Of a stretch of 64,000 nt of DNA, positions 27,166-41,345 are shown in pieces. Each line of letters starts with the position of its first letter. Within the stretch, counting starts at the first letter, position 1. Below the pieces are notes generated by a model. The model ran no database searches. It was not told the DNA's origin and was given only the letters and a program-made list of their open reading frames with translations. This DNA is from Octopus vulgaris. Lineage: Eukaryota. The translations under genes were made by a program, and so were the position numbers. Location of the stretch: NCBI GenBank assembly GCA_951406725.2, contig OX597816.1:177134001-177198000 (forward strand). The letters run 5' to 3'.

Positions 27166-28779
27166 CCTATATTTTACCTGTTTCAATTATTCGACTGTAG
27201 CCATACTAGGGTATTGCCAAACAAATGAATCCCAGTCCTTATTTTTTAAACCTGGTACTTATTCTATTGGTCCTTTTGCTGAACCACTAAGTTATGGGAG
27301 ATGTAAACATTTGTCATCAAGAAGATGAAGGTGGTGGAACATGTCCCCCCCCACACACACACACTGTAGTGCTTCCACAGTTTCCCCTCGACTAAATTCA
27401 TTCACAAGGTATTGGTTGGCCTGGGGCCATAACAGAAGACACTCGCCCAAGATGCAGTGCAATGAGATTAAACCTGAAACCATAGGGGTTGCAAAGCACA
27501 ACTACGCCTGCATCTATAAATATGTAAAAACAAAACAAAAATACAATTATCATATTGAGTACACTGTTCTTTCTATCATTCTGTGAATCAGTGAAATGAT
27601 TTCATTATATTAATTTGACTTTTCAGGGCAGCAAGCTGGTAGAATCGTTAGCAATGCTTAGTGGCATTTCATCCATCTTTACATTCTTAGGGGTCTTTCA
27701 TCCTTAGGGGTGTCAATGAAATAAGTACTAGTTGAACACTGGATTTGATATAATTGACTTACCCCCTCTCCAGAATTTGGTAGCCTTGTGCTGAAATTTG
27801 AAACCTTTATAATAATTTGATTTATTTGCACTTTCCTTGTTTATATATTTTTGACCATGAACATTTATATCTCAATGTTGACTATTTCTTTGAAACTGAA
27901 TATGACCAAAATTGATTATTTTTTCTTTATCTTTTACTTATTTCAGTCAGTAGACTGCACCCATGCAGGACCACCACCTTGAAGGGTTTTAGTAGAAAAA
28001 ATCCACCCCGGTACTTATTTTCTTAAAGCCGGGTACTTATTCTATCAGTTTCTTATGCAGGGATGTAAACAAATCAGCACTGGTTGTCAAGTAGTGAAGG
28101 GGGACAAACACACACAAAGACACACACACTCACAGATATATACATACAAACATACATACATGTACATCACAAGCTTTTAGTTTCCCTCTAACAAAGCCAC
28201 TAACAAGGCCTTGGTTGGCCCAGGGCTAGAGTAAAAGACACTTGTCCAAGATGCCACATAATAGAACCAAACCCAGGACCATGTAGTTGTGAAACAAACT
28301 TCTTACCATGCAGCTACACCTGAATGAAAGGAAAAAAAAAAAGGAGCTTATTGAAGCCATCGTAAATCAATTTATTATAATCACTCAATGACCAATGCTA
28401 AAAATCATAATTAAATAATAGATTAATTGAAAACTAACACTAATCACCATAACATTTTCTCTGACATCACTTTCTCACATCATTTCCGTCATCGTGTCCT
28501 TTAGTATAATTGTTATCTGTGTCAGACATGACTAGTATCTCTATTTTCATCATCGCAGTTTAGATCTTATCAAATTAAGTAAACATCATACTTTCTATCA
28601 AACTTCCTCATTTCACTCTTGCACAGACACCATCTGGAACAACCTGACTGCATGTATGTTACTTCTTTTGGCTTATCACCTACAGCAGTTCGTGATAAGC
28701 AGGATTACACATACACACACATGCATTCATCATTTCAGATATATGCACTTATTAAACAATTGCTTATATGTATATTCAC

Positions 28780-28927
28780 ATAAATATATATTCATGTATG
28801 CATGTGCATATGTACAACACACATATATACGTATATATACATGCATATATATATATATATATACATGCATACATAAATACATATACACACACGTATATAT
28901 ATACACATATACACAAATATACATATA

Positions 28928-28959
<32 letters not shown>

Positions 28960-29210
28960 CACACATATATATACACATATATATACATGTATATATATAC
29001 ATATATATACATGCATATATATACATACATATACATGTATATATATATAGATACATATATATATATCTATATATACACACACACACATATATATATACAA
29101 ACATATGTACATATATACATTCACATATACACACACATATACATATACACATGCATACATATTTACACATACAAACACACACACACATATATATTTACAC
29201 ACACACACAA
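28780..29210. repeat. degenerate (TA)/(CA) low-complexity tract
   Basis: Direct reading. Confidence 0.9.
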
Positions 29211-29239
29211 CATACTTTACCTGTGGCTGTGTGGAAGCA

Positions 29240-29580
29240 CAGGTGTGGCTGTGTGATAAGAAGCTTACCTCACAACCACATGGTTCAGGTTGTGGGACCT
29301 TGGGCTGACCAAAGCTTTGCGAGTGGATTTGGTAGATGAAAACTGAAAGAAGCCCATCGTATATATCTGAGTGTGTGTCTGTGTTTGTCCCTCCATCATC
29401 ACTTGACCACCGATGTTGGTGTTTATTTCCTTGTAACTTAGCGGTTCAGCAAAAAAAAACTGAGAGAATAAGTACCAGGCTTATAGGAAATAAGTTCTGG
29501 GGTCAATTTGTTTGACTAAATGCAGTGCTCCAGCATGGCCGCAGTCAAATGACTGAAACCAGCAAAAGTATAACAGAATA
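29240..29580 (+). mobile_element. SINE family A with internal deletion
   Basis: Similarity to 3570-3970. Confidence 0.8.
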
Positions 29581-30721
29581 AAACACCTACACACACACTC
29601 ATACGCATATTATAAGTTCATAAACATTTGTATATGTTAGGACTTCTGAAGTAAACACTGGAAACAAGATATTCACCAAAAGTTACCTATGTGTATCAGA
29701 GAAATCAACTAATCAACTGATTATAGTAGATGACTTCAAAAGTCCAATACCATTTCAGTTCTAAGATTCCTGTCCTAATTTACATACATTAGATTCTTTT
29801 ATCTTTTATTTGTTTCAGTCATTAGACTGCAGTCATGCTGGGGCACAACCTTCAAGAGTTTTTAGTTAACTGAATTGATATGACAAGCTCCTTTCAGTTT
29901 CCGTCTACCAGATCCACTCACTAGGCTTTGGCCAGCTTAGGGCTATAGTAGAAGACATTTGCCCAAGGTGCCATGCAGTGGGACTGAACCCAGAACCATG
30001 TGGTTGTGAAGTAACCTTCTTACCCCACAGCCAAATCATTTTTGGTAAAAAAAAAAACCAAGCTTTAGTATTCTTTCCCTGCCTGGATTGCCTTCTACTT
30101 ATAAGATCTTTATCTTTTATCTCTTACTTGGTTCAGTTGTTAGACTGTGGCCATGCAAGGGTACCACCTTGGAGAATTTTTAGTCAAATGAATTGAACAC
30201 AGAATTTCTTTTTTGACCCTGGTACTTATTCCATTGTTCTCTTTTGCTGAACTGCTAAGTTATGGGGATGTAAACACATCAACACCAGTTGGCAAGCAGT
30301 GGTGGGGTATAAACACAGGCACAAAGACACACATAGATGCACATATCCAGAGCACTTCAGACATGCACACCGTTAATGCAGTTCTCATGGAGATTTAGTG
30401 TGACACAGAATGTGACAAGGCTGACCCTTTAACCCTTTAGCATTTAAACTGGCCATATCTGGTCCAAACATTCTACCAGTGTTTATGTTCCAACCAGCTA
30501 GATCTGGCTATTTGATTGAATCCCCTGTGAGTTAACACAGGACCTCCTAATGACAATGTAAACTTCATATAATCAAGGTATCCTTGGCCTGGGGGGGAGC
30601 ATGTGATTTACCTCTCATTTGGATAATTATTACTTCTGAGGTTCTGCTAGTTATGAAACATATATATAGCTTGGATCTTATCTACTTCACTCCCTAATTT
30701 TTGGATGTTTATTTACATATA

Positions 30722-30886
30722 GGCACAGGAGTGGCTGTGTGGTAAGTAGCTTGCTAACCAACCACATGGTTCCGGGTTGTGTCCCACTGCGTGGCACCTT
30801 GGGCAAGTGTCTTCTACTATAGCCCTGGGCCGATCAATGCCTTGTGAGTGGATTTGGTAGACGGAAACTGAAAGAAGCCCGTGGTA

Positions 30887-30917
<31 letters not shown>

Positions 30918-31130
30918 GCGTGTGTGTGTCTGTGTTTGTCCCTCTAGCATTGCTTAACAACCGATGCTGGTGTGTTTACGTCCCCGTCACTTAGCGGCAA
31001 AAAGAAACCGATAGAATAAGTATTGGGCTTACAAAAAAATAAGTCCCGGGGTCGAGTTACTCGATTAAAGGCGGTGCTCCAGCATGGCCGCAGTCAAATG
31101 ACTGAAACAAGTAAAAGAGTAAAGAGCAAG
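30722..31130 (+). mobile_element. SINE family A, full length
   Basis: Near-consensus copy. Confidence 0.9.
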
Positions 31131-31351
31131 AGTATATACAGCAACCCCAATTGCTAACTGCAAACCATAAAATAACCTTTTTTCAGCTTATTATACTTCG
31201 ATATGGGAAAAATTCACAACCTTCTGCACCCATAAACCACTACTGTTCCTGAAAGTTGTTTTTTATATCTTCTGCAGACTGCTTGGAGCTTACTAACTCA
31301 CTACACCTTCATCCCAAGATCTTATTTTTACACACACATACATGTATATAC

Positions 31352-31735
31352 TCTTTACTCTCTTTTACTTGTTCCAGTCATTTGACTGCGGCCATGCTGG
31401 AGCACCGCCTTTAATCGAGCAACTCGACCCCGGGACTTATTCTTTTGTAAGCCAAGTACTTATTCTATCGGTCTCTAAGTAACGGGAACATAAACACAAC
31501 CAGCATCGGTTGTCAAGCAATGCTAGGGGGACAAACACAGACACACAAATACATATATATATATACATATATACGACAGGCTTCTTTCAGTTTCCGTCTA
31601 CCAAATCCACTCACAAGGTATTGGTCGGCCCGGGGCTATAGCAGAAGACACTTGCCCAAGATGCCATGCAGTGGGACTGAACCCGGAACCATGTGGTTGG
31701 TTAGCAAGCTACTTACCACACAGCCACTCCTGCGC
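31352..31735 (-). mobile_element. SINE family A, full length
   Basis: Near-consensus copy, inverted relative to 30722-31130. Confidence 0.9.
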
Positions 31736-31779
<44 letters not shown>

Positions 31780-32059
31780 TAAATATTAGGGAATAAATCC
31801 AAATTTACAGGGAAAAAATCAGATTTAGGATTAAATCCAATTTTATAGTAAAATATTATAAAATATTTTTAGGGAATTCACACACAAATACACACACGTA
31901 AACCACACACCCACGACATATACAAATACCCACACCACTTACACATACCTATACATACATATAAACCTCAACATATACTCCAAAAACCCACTCAACCCCA
32001 CACAGACAAATAAACACAAATATATATACATATACATATATATATATATATACATATAC

Positions 32060-32092
<33 letters not shown>

Positions 32093-32096
<4 letters not shown>

Positions 32097-32278
32097 GGGG
32101 TGTTGAAAAGTTTCTGGCTTTGGTTAGAAGAAAATATAGGAGGATCAGTTACTCATATTCACACACTTATTGCAGTGGTCCTTCTTTTCGCAGCCTTGTA
32201 AAGGAACTTGGAAGATTGGGCTTCCAACTAGGCCTTTTGCGATACCCTTAAAGCGAGGAATTTTTCATCACCCCCTCA
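32093..32278. mobile_element. mariner-type MITE
   Basis: TIRs tgagggggtgttgaaaagtttctggcttt / aaagcgaggaatttttcatcaccccctca, inserted at the end of a TA tract. Confidence 0.75.
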
Positions 32279-33295
32279 TGTGTGTGTGTGTGTTTGTCCT
32301 TCACTGCTTATAAAAAAAAAAAGTATTATGGTTGATTTTTTTCCCAACTGAATCCTTCAAAGTGGTGCTTTAGTATGACTATGGTCCAATGACTGAAACA
32401 AGTAAAATAGTATCATTACATTTCCCTTCCTTCCTTTCTCACTTTTTTTTGCTTGTCATTTTCATTTTCTTTAATTCTATTACAACTGATATCTTTTATC
32501 CATTTTCTGAAAATGCTCTTTTAGTACTTACAAAACTCTAGTCTGATTTTTCTCATCAAACCTTTCCACATTGCCACGAGAGGTATTTCTGAAGGCAATG
32601 TGGTGAAAAAAAATTACTAAGGAATGAATGTAATCCAAATTATGAGAGAGAGAGAGAAAGGGGTATTAAAGAAGGGAGTATGTGGAAAGAGATATAAGAA
32701 AGGAAAACAAGAGACCAAGAAAGAAAGAAAGAAAGAAGAAGGAAGAAAGAGTAAAGAAAACATTTGAAAAACCTTTCTTTCTGAATTATTCCTAAGAAAG
32801 CTGATTTCCAAGAGATTTGATTTGCCAGCTGCTGTTCTACTTTCTGCGGTTCCCCTGCCCAAACTACCGCCACTTTGCTCTTATCAAGAGGAATTCTAAC
32901 ATCTTTAATGACCCTATTACTTTAGGTTCCACTTCATTTATTTCATTTCTATAGACTTTATCTTGTTCACTAAATCCATGCTTGTAACAGTTTATTGATT
33001 TCAAGTCTCTATAATAGACTAGCAAGATTTGATGGCAGATGGTTATAAATTATAAATTAAAGATGGCCAAACCACCTCTAACTTACTTATTAGTTGATAA
33101 ATTCAGTTTTCTTATAAATATTGTTCATCAATAAAGTCAATGAATGAGGAAAGGAAGATTTTCAATGGAGCTGATTATTTTAAAATCTAATTAAATTAAG
33201 ACATAACAAAATGAAGAAAAAATTTCATATAGAAATTCTCTTAATATAACTTTAATAATTAAACTTTCATCTGTACTTTATATGAATTCAATTAC

Positions 33296-33327
33296 ATATG
33301 TGTGTGTTTGTGTGTGTGTGTGTGTGT

Positions 33328-33400
<73 letters not shown>
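33296..33400. repeat. (GT)n microsatellite
   Basis: Direct reading. Confidence 0.97.
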
Positions 33401-33401
<1 letters not shown>

Positions 33402-33639
33402 ATGTGTGGGACCTGATGTTTTGTCTTTGATTGATATCAGTAGATAAAGGGTGCCAGAAATGGTGTGAGCCCTGTACATCTTAGGCCAGCACAGAGAATG
33501 GGTGTAAAATAATCATGAGGATGGTGGTGGTGGTGGTGATGGTGGTAGGTGAATGGTAGAACTAGTAAATGTAAAGCACCAAACAAAATACCTTGTAGTA
33601 TTTGGATATATCACTTTGTGTCTTGACTTCAAATCCCAG

Positions 33640-34149
33640 TCGTCCCTGTAACTTAGCAGTTTGGCAAAAGAGACCGATAGAATAAGTACTAGGCTTACAA
33701 AGAATAAGTCCTGGGGTCGATTTGCTTGACTAAAAGGTGGTGCTCCAGCATGGCCACAGTCAAATGACTGAAACAGGTAAAAGAGTAATACATAGGCATG
33801 GCTGTGTGTTAAGAAGTTTGCTCCCCAACCACATGGTTCTGGGTTCAGTTCCAATATGTGGCACCTTGGGCAAGTGTCTTCTCCTATAGCCTTGAGCTGA
33901 CCAAGGCCCTGTGAGTGGATTTGGTAGAAAGAAACTGAAAGAAGCCTGTTGTACAAACACACATGTATATGATGATATATATATATATATAGGCGCAGGT
34001 AAGTGTGGTAAGTAGCTTGCTTACCAACCACATGATTCCGGGTTCAGTCCTACTGCATAGCACCTTCGGCAAGTACCTTCTACTATAGCCTTGGGCCAAC
34101 CAAAGCCTTGTGAGTGGATTTGGTAAACGGAAACTGAAAGACTGCTGTC

Positions 34150-34188
<39 letters not shown>

Positions 34189-34360
34189 GCACCCACTACA
34201 CTCACGGAGTGGTTGGCATTAGGAAGGGCATCCAGTTGTAGAAACACTGCCAGATCAGACTGGGCCTGGTGCAGCCTTCTGGCTTCCCAGACCCCAGTTG
34301 AACCGTCCAATCCGTGCTAGCATGGAAAGTGGACATTAAGTGATGATGATGATGATGAAG
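33640..34360 (+). mobile_element. tandem SINE cluster (family A pieces plus family E tail ending in (GAT)n)
   Basis: Repeated family A heads at about 33795 and 33991; tail aaaagcacccactacactc...gatgatgat. Confidence 0.8.
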
Positions 34361-34579
34361 AAATGAATACTCAGTCAGAACTGGCAGTCTACCATGGTGT
34401 CAAACAGTATAGCCAGGGTTATCTACCTTATCTTTCAGATATTAAAACACTTCAGATATTTCAGAGGTAAAACACTTCATATATTATAAAGGAACTACAC
34501 AAATAAGAAGAATCGAATCTTATATGATAAAGGAATTACACAGATAAATCAAGACAATCCATTTTAATGATAAACAATT

Positions 34580-35480
34580 CTTATGTCATTAAGGAACGAA
34601 ATCATCTGAGTTTTTCCTCATCATTTTCCAGCAGAATTGATCAAGATGTGACTGGAAAAGCAGAGAACCAATGCTTCTCATTTTTTCATAATCATAGTTT
34701 TAGTATCTAACCATGATTGATCAATGGCCTGACTGTGTGCTCCGGTCACTGGATCTATCATAGTGTTGTTGAGGGTTCACTGTCAGATGGCGATAACCTA
34801 TGACATTTAGATTATTAGAAGTGTGCCACTCATCTGAATGAATTACTGAATCTTTTTCACATTCTCTCAGACTGCTCCTGTCATGCCATTCAACTCAAAA
34901 GCATCAACAGTCTGAACCTTGTTTGAAACCAAAACCCCATGGCCCATCAATTCTAGGTCCATGGTTCCTGTTGTTTAGTTGTTCTGTGTCACTATCTTTG
35001 AAGAGAGGTCCATTGTTGCTATTCAGCATTCTTCCTCAATTGTATTTTTGTTGACCAGCAAATCTTGCTTCGTCGATTTGAATGGGGTTATCGTTTGTTC
35101 CAACCATCTTCCCTCATCGTTCATGATAAACTATGGCTCCACACACCATGCGGCACATATCGTACCAGTCAGTTATTGTATTTTTAGATTTTCCTGTTAG
35201 AGTCACTGCTGTGGTCATGGGTCTATCCATGACAAAGAAAAATATTAGCTCTAAAATCTCACTCAAGCTCAGCTTGCAGTTTAGTTTGTTGTTAATGTCC
35301 GTATAATGGAAAAATTGACTTCCCTTATGAACTGAACGTAAAGTTTGACACTCCTTTCGAGGACAATGAAGTACAGACCTGAATTATCCTTCTCTGTCAT
35401 GCTTTCGTTTTTCCTGCATGAGAACACCACATGAATGGCAGGGATCCGCTTCTTGTTGCGTATCAAGCAGATTGTCATCT
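34580..35480 (-). pseudogene. decayed Merlin (IS1016/ISXO2-like) DDE transposase
   Basis: With stops and frameshifts: CPRKECQTLRSV, TITDWYDMCR, IQIDEARF..KYN*GRML, GPWGFG, SVIHSDEW, HLTVN, IDPVTGAHSQAIDQSW, FQSHLDQFCW. Confidence 0.9.
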
Positions 35481-36924
35481 TGTAAAAATTTAATTGTTGT
35501 TTCCTCTGTCAAGGTGACATGTGTCTAAAAATCTTTCAGTGACATTTCAATGTAAGGTAAACTGCAAGTGGAAAGGTGAGGTGAGGTGATAACGAGTAGT
35601 TTATAAGGTAGATAACCCTGGTTATACTGTTTGACACTGGTAGACAGCATACTATTCTAGCACCGATCAATCTATACACACACACAATATTTATTCTTTT
35701 ACTTGTTTCAGTCACTGGACTGCAGCCATGCTGGGGCACTGTCTTGGGGAATTTTAGTCAAACAAATCAACCCCAGCACATATTTTCTATTTAAGCCTGG
35801 CATTTATTCTATCAGTTTCCTTTGCCAAACCGCTAAGTTACAGGAGATGTAAACACACCAACGAATGGTTGTCAAGCACATACGCAGTGTATATGCATTG
35901 CTTGTTTGCTGGCAGAACATATTTGTTTGCAATCTGGTGCAGTGGAAACGACCCCATCAAAGTGCTTTGTGTTAAAACAACTAAACGTCATAGACATGTG
36001 AGACACTTCACCCCAAATCCCATTCAGGAGCGATGGACATCAGTGTTTCACCAATTTTGTGGCTTGTCAAAATCATGAAACGAATTGGAGGCAAACTGAA
36101 TTGCCAGACCATGACTATAAGTAATTGTTTCCTTTTACGTTGAGCTATAATAGAAACAATTTTACTTGAAACTGTAGGAATACTCAATACATTTTGTAGA
36201 GTATATCACCAGATGAGGGCAAGCAAGCTGAAACTTTGTTATCACTGTCACCACTCTTCTTGTACAGAGTCTATTAGGTGCCACATAAAAAGCACCCAGT
36301 ACACTCTGTAAAGGGTTGATGGTAGGATGGGCACCAAGCCATAGAAACCATGCCAAAACAGATTATTGGAATCTGGGCAGATCTTTAGCTAGTCAGCTCC
36401 TGTCAAACCATCCAACCTATACCAGCATGGGAAACAAATGCTAAATGATGATGATGATAACATACATACACCCATCCACACATATAACAGTTTTTTTTTC
36501 CATTAGGTCCCTCAAATCTACTCACAAGGTTTTTGTTGGCCCAGAGCTATATAGTAGATGACACTTACCCAAGGTGTCACACAGTGGAACTGAACCTCAA
36601 GTCACATGGTTTAGAAGTAACCTTTTAATTACACAGATATACTTATATATATATTCTTTTACTTCAGTCATTTGACTGCAGCCATGCTGGTGCACCACCT
36701 TGAAGGGCTTTAGTCAAACAAATTGACCCCAAGATTTGTTTTTTTTTCTTTAAGCGTGGTACTTTACTGGTCTCTCTTTGCAGAACTGCTAAGTTACAAG
36801 GATATAAACACACAAACACCGTTGTCAAGTAGTGATGGGGCAACAAATACAGACACAAAGACATAAATATATATCTATCATCATCATCATAAATATATAT
36901 CTATCATAAATATATATCTATCAT

Positions 36925-37503
36925 CATCATCATCATCATCATCGTTTAACGTCCGTTCTCCATGCTAGCATGGGTTGGACGGTTCGACCGGGGATCTGGG
37001 ATGCCAGAAGGCTGCACCAGGCTCCAGTCTTATCTGGCAATGTTTCTACAGCTGGAAGCCCTTCCTAATGCCAACCATTCCGTGAGTGTAGTGGGTGCTT
37101 TTTACGTGCCACCTGCACAGGTGCCAGGTGAGGCTGGCAATGGCCACGGTCGGATTGGTGTATTTTATGTGCCACCGGCACGGAAGCCAGTTGAGGCGGC
37201 GCTGGCATCGGCCACGAGTCGGATAGTGCTTTTTACGTACCACCAGACCAGGGATCCTGGCTGGTTCAATTCGATTTCGCTTTCGCTTGCCCCAACATGT
37301 CTTCGCAAGCAAAGGGGGGTTGGCATGGGTGCCTGTCATACGGTCGGATTGGTGTATTTTACGTGCCACTGGCACGGAAGCCAGTGGAGGCGGCGCTGGC
37401 ATCGGCCACGAGTCGGATAGTGCTTTTTACGTACCACCAGACCAGGGACCCTGGCTGGTTCAATTCAATTTCGATTTCGCTTTCCCCAACATGTCTTCGC
37501 AAA
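36925..37503 (-). mobile_element. SINE family E with internal tandem duplication
   Basis: (CAT)n tail at left; block 37147-37308 repeated at 37341-37502. Confidence 0.8.
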
Positions 37504-37569
37504 GATAACAAAAGAAAGAAAGAGACCTCAATATTATGTAAATAGAGGAAATTTATCTGTAAAATAATA

Positions 37570-38181
37570 TGTGACAATTATTCGGTAGCCAAGTTTCGGA
37601 TGCCGAGGTGGAAATCTACACGACCATCTCTTCGGTTATCTGGCCATCTGAAAAACGCTATGAAAAAAGACCGTTATACAAAGGGAAATTACTGTGTTAT
37701 AAGTCCGCTACTTATGCAAAAGCGCTAATTCGAATGACCGCTAATTAAGATAAGGTGAAAAGTTCATAGTAAACACGTAAGCATGCCTGTTCATACGTAC
37801 ACATGTGCGCGCGTGTGTGTGTATGAGTTAGTATATATATATATATATGCATATACATTTGGCAAAAAATGCGAGTGAAGATGCGTACGTTTTCATAGTG
37901 ATGTATGTGTATGCACGTGGGTGCATGAGCGCACATGTGTACGTATGAACAGGCATGCTTACGTGTTTACTATGAACTCTTAACCTTATCTTAATTAGCG
38001 GTCATTCGAATTAGCGCTTTTATATAAGTAGCGGACTATAACACAGTAATTTCCCTTTGTATAATGGTCTTTTTTCATAGCGTTTTTCAGATGGCCAGAT
38101 AACCGAAGAGATGGTGTTGCGGATTTCCACCTCGGCATCCGAAACTCAGAGTATTATCTTGGCTACCGAATAATTGTCACA
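37570..38181. mobile_element. long palindrome of inverted Penelope-like pseudo-LTR fragments
   Basis: About 240-bp near-perfect inverted arms, each carrying a hammerhead motif; no transposon-type TIR or TSD seen. Confidence 0.7.
38094..38163 (+). ncRNA. minimal type I hammerhead ribozyme, U4C core variant
   Basis: Stem I GCCAGATAA / TTATC(T)TGGC; core CCGAAGA (38103-38109); long stem II GATG..CATC; GAAA (38141); palindromic stem III ACTC-A-GAGT; GUA site at 38153. Confidence 0.7.
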
Positions 38182-40970
38182 AATAATATATATATATATA
38201 TATATAATGGGCTTCTTACAATTTCTACTCACAAGTCTTTGGTCAGCCTTAGGCTATAGTAGAAGGCACTTGCCCAAGGTGCCATGCAGCAGGACTGAAC
38301 CTATTGCCATGTGGTTGGGTAGCAAGCTTCTTACCACATAGCCATGCCTTTGTTTGTATCATAGTGTTTGTGTTTTTTTTCATGGCTCAAAATGTCTTTT
38401 TAGTGTTAAAGTATCAAAATATAAAGTTTTACTTCAAAATGTTAAACAAATATTTATTTGTCATTCAAGAAAATATGTCAGGACTTATATGGCATAAGTT
38501 TAGAAATTTTTTGAAGTTCTCTATTCCAGCCACATACTTCACCAATATCTTTTAATAAAAATAGATAGACCTATCACTTAATATTTAATTTATCAAGTCC
38601 ATAGGAATAAATGCAAAATTTGAACTAAAAAAAAATTCTGAAGAACTGAAAAAGATTATATCATATTAACCCTTTAGCATTGCGATTACTCTGAAACGTC
38701 TATTTATTCACATTGTTTTGAATTGATCTTGCATTATCTTGTGGCTTTGAGATTTTGATGATGTGATTATTTACTTTTAGAATGACATCGTAAGGTAGGT
38801 GTGAGAGATCAGGTATGGCTAGTTTGAACATAAAACAGGTAGAATGTTTTGGCCAGATATGACTGGTTAAAATGCTAAAGGCTTACCCTTTGTTTCACAC
38901 TATCATGTTTGTACTGCAGTGCTTTTTGATGGGTTAATTACCAAGATCATTAAGCTATATTTTGTTATGACCCTTCACATTCTGAAATCTTTGATTTCCT
39001 TCTTTCTGGTGTTGATAACATAAAGTATCAGCCATGTACTATGGTTTATATTCTTATTATAATGTGACATAGATGTGAATGGACTTCTAATAAAAATCCT
39101 AAGTACCAAGTCATTTCGGTAGGAATAGTATGTCTGTGATAAGCTAGTATTCAACTCTCAACCACTTCACATTCAAAAATCAGAGCTAAGTACCAGTTAT
39201 CAAAAACCCTTTCAGTATCTACCTAGGGGACAATTATAATTTGTTATAGTCTTCCCTACATACCACATGCATAATTTCTAAATGGTCACTTAATCTACTA
39301 AAAATAACAGCCAAATCTCCCTCAAGTACATTCTACTGTCTGAACAGAGCAAGACACATTTCTTAAGGTAGTCTTGGATACACAATCTAGAAATAAGTTG
39401 GTTAGCCATAGTTGAAATGCCCTTCATCATGAATCTGCTCATTCAGAGCTGACCTGAGGCTATGAGCCCTAACATTTTAAAATCTGAAAGCCTTACATTA
39501 AGGAGAGGATGGTCATATTGACAACACTGGTTATACAACAAAGTTGACCCAACCAGACACCTTTACTTGTGGGTTTTAAAAGCTCCACATCCTAGTTATC
39601 AACATGGTATCAATATGTTACTCTGACCATAAAAACTGTGTTCAACTGAAGAATGGCTACAGTTTTATATGGTTTATTATCTGGATTCTTTCCAAATTGT
39701 CTTTCTGAATCAATATATTGAACTTTTCAACTAGAACTTACAATCAAGTGGTTTAAAACAGCTAAGAATTCTTGAAATTCTTTGTAGATTATTTTAAAAG
39801 TTACTTTTACTTTTTTATTGCTTGGTCAGGAAGAAAGAACAGTGTCAGTGACCCTTTACAAAGTCATCAAGGGACAGTAGAAGGTATCCTCAAACCAGAA
39901 ACCCGGCTCGAATACTTTTTAAGCAGTGTGGACTTTACTGAAGGTTCCTTAGTACCAGGTGGTGCGTCAAAGTCTCGCCCAGATTAGGTCACTACTTGAT
40001 CAGGAGAATGAACCGAGGCAATATTAACAGCCCTGTATAGAGCCTCCAATAGGAGAGGCTGTGTAAGAGATCCTGAGGACTTCTCCAGCCAAAAATGCAA
40101 TAAGTCAGAACACCTATAGCATGGCATCTCATCCGATTCCTTAGTGTTTCTTCCAGTCCACCATTCTGAAGCTGTACTTTATTCATCAATACTGGAAAGA
40201 TGAAAGGCAGATTTGACCTTAATAGGATCTGAATTCAGAATGCAAGGTATCAGAATAAATACTGCATGACATTTCGTAGCACTCTAGTGAATGCCAATGA
40301 AGTAAAGAGGGAATATTGAAAAACGTTTTTTACCTGAAATCTTTTTGCTACAAAATTAGAAAGATAGCTTCTCAACTGTTGGCGCATAATCTTACTGTAC
40401 TGGAAGATACCAATGCAGCCATAAGTTTATTATTACAAGTTAGAGACTTTCTATGGCATAGGTTATTTAACCTGCTTTCGATTTCCGATCAACTCCCATT
40501 AAAAGATTACCCAATACGTACACATGCTCTCTCTGCTACAGTGGAAATCATCATTGTCTTACAAGGTGCTAATATAAACTTCAAACGATGCAAATGGTTT
40601 GGTTCTATTTTACTTATGAACTGGCACAGGAAAGAATATCATAAAGATTTTGTGATATTTATTTAGAGTAAGCGATACATGAAATCGCATCCTGTATTCC
40701 CAGGGAGTATGAAACACCTCCGGTAAGAACCATTGCTCTATGCGGTTGCTTGACCCGCTAGGAAAAGCAACCAAATCTGCTTAATATCTAACCTTTCTGT
40801 CTTATAGAGGGAAGGTCAGATAAGGTAATGTCATCCTAGATACATGACCATTGTATGAAAAATAAAAAAAAAAAAAAGGTCATGGCAAGAGAACCCTTAA
40901 GATCCGCTGAAGCTAAACAATTGTAAAACACATTTAACTGTCTTTATTGAGAATTTATTTCATCCCTTAA

Positions 40971-41190
40971 CCCTTTCATTACTGTATTTATTTTGAGATG
41001 CTCTGTGTTGCTTTCAATTACTTTAAATATAACAAAGAATTTAGTAGAATAACTTAGTTATCATTAAGCTAGTGTTAGGAACATAAATTGTGACTAAAGT
41101 TTGGTGGAAGATTTTAATTCAAAACTTATGAAAACAAGACATTTGTACTCAGAGCTAGGGCCGGTTTCAGCCGGGTTGGTAACGAAAGGG
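40971..41190 (-). mobile_element. piggyBac-type MITE
   Basis: TTAA|CCC...GGG|TTAA; reverse complement of 10186-10406. Confidence 0.85.
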
Positions 41191-41345
41191 TTAACATTTA
41201 TCATGAAAATTTTACCTAGTTTAGCCCTTCTCCCATCATTTAGAGTTACAACTTGCATAGTATAAATGTGGATGTAGGTATAGCTGAGTAAAAACACGTT
41301 CCATTAGAAAAATGATGAAAATATGTATTCCATAAAAGATATTTT

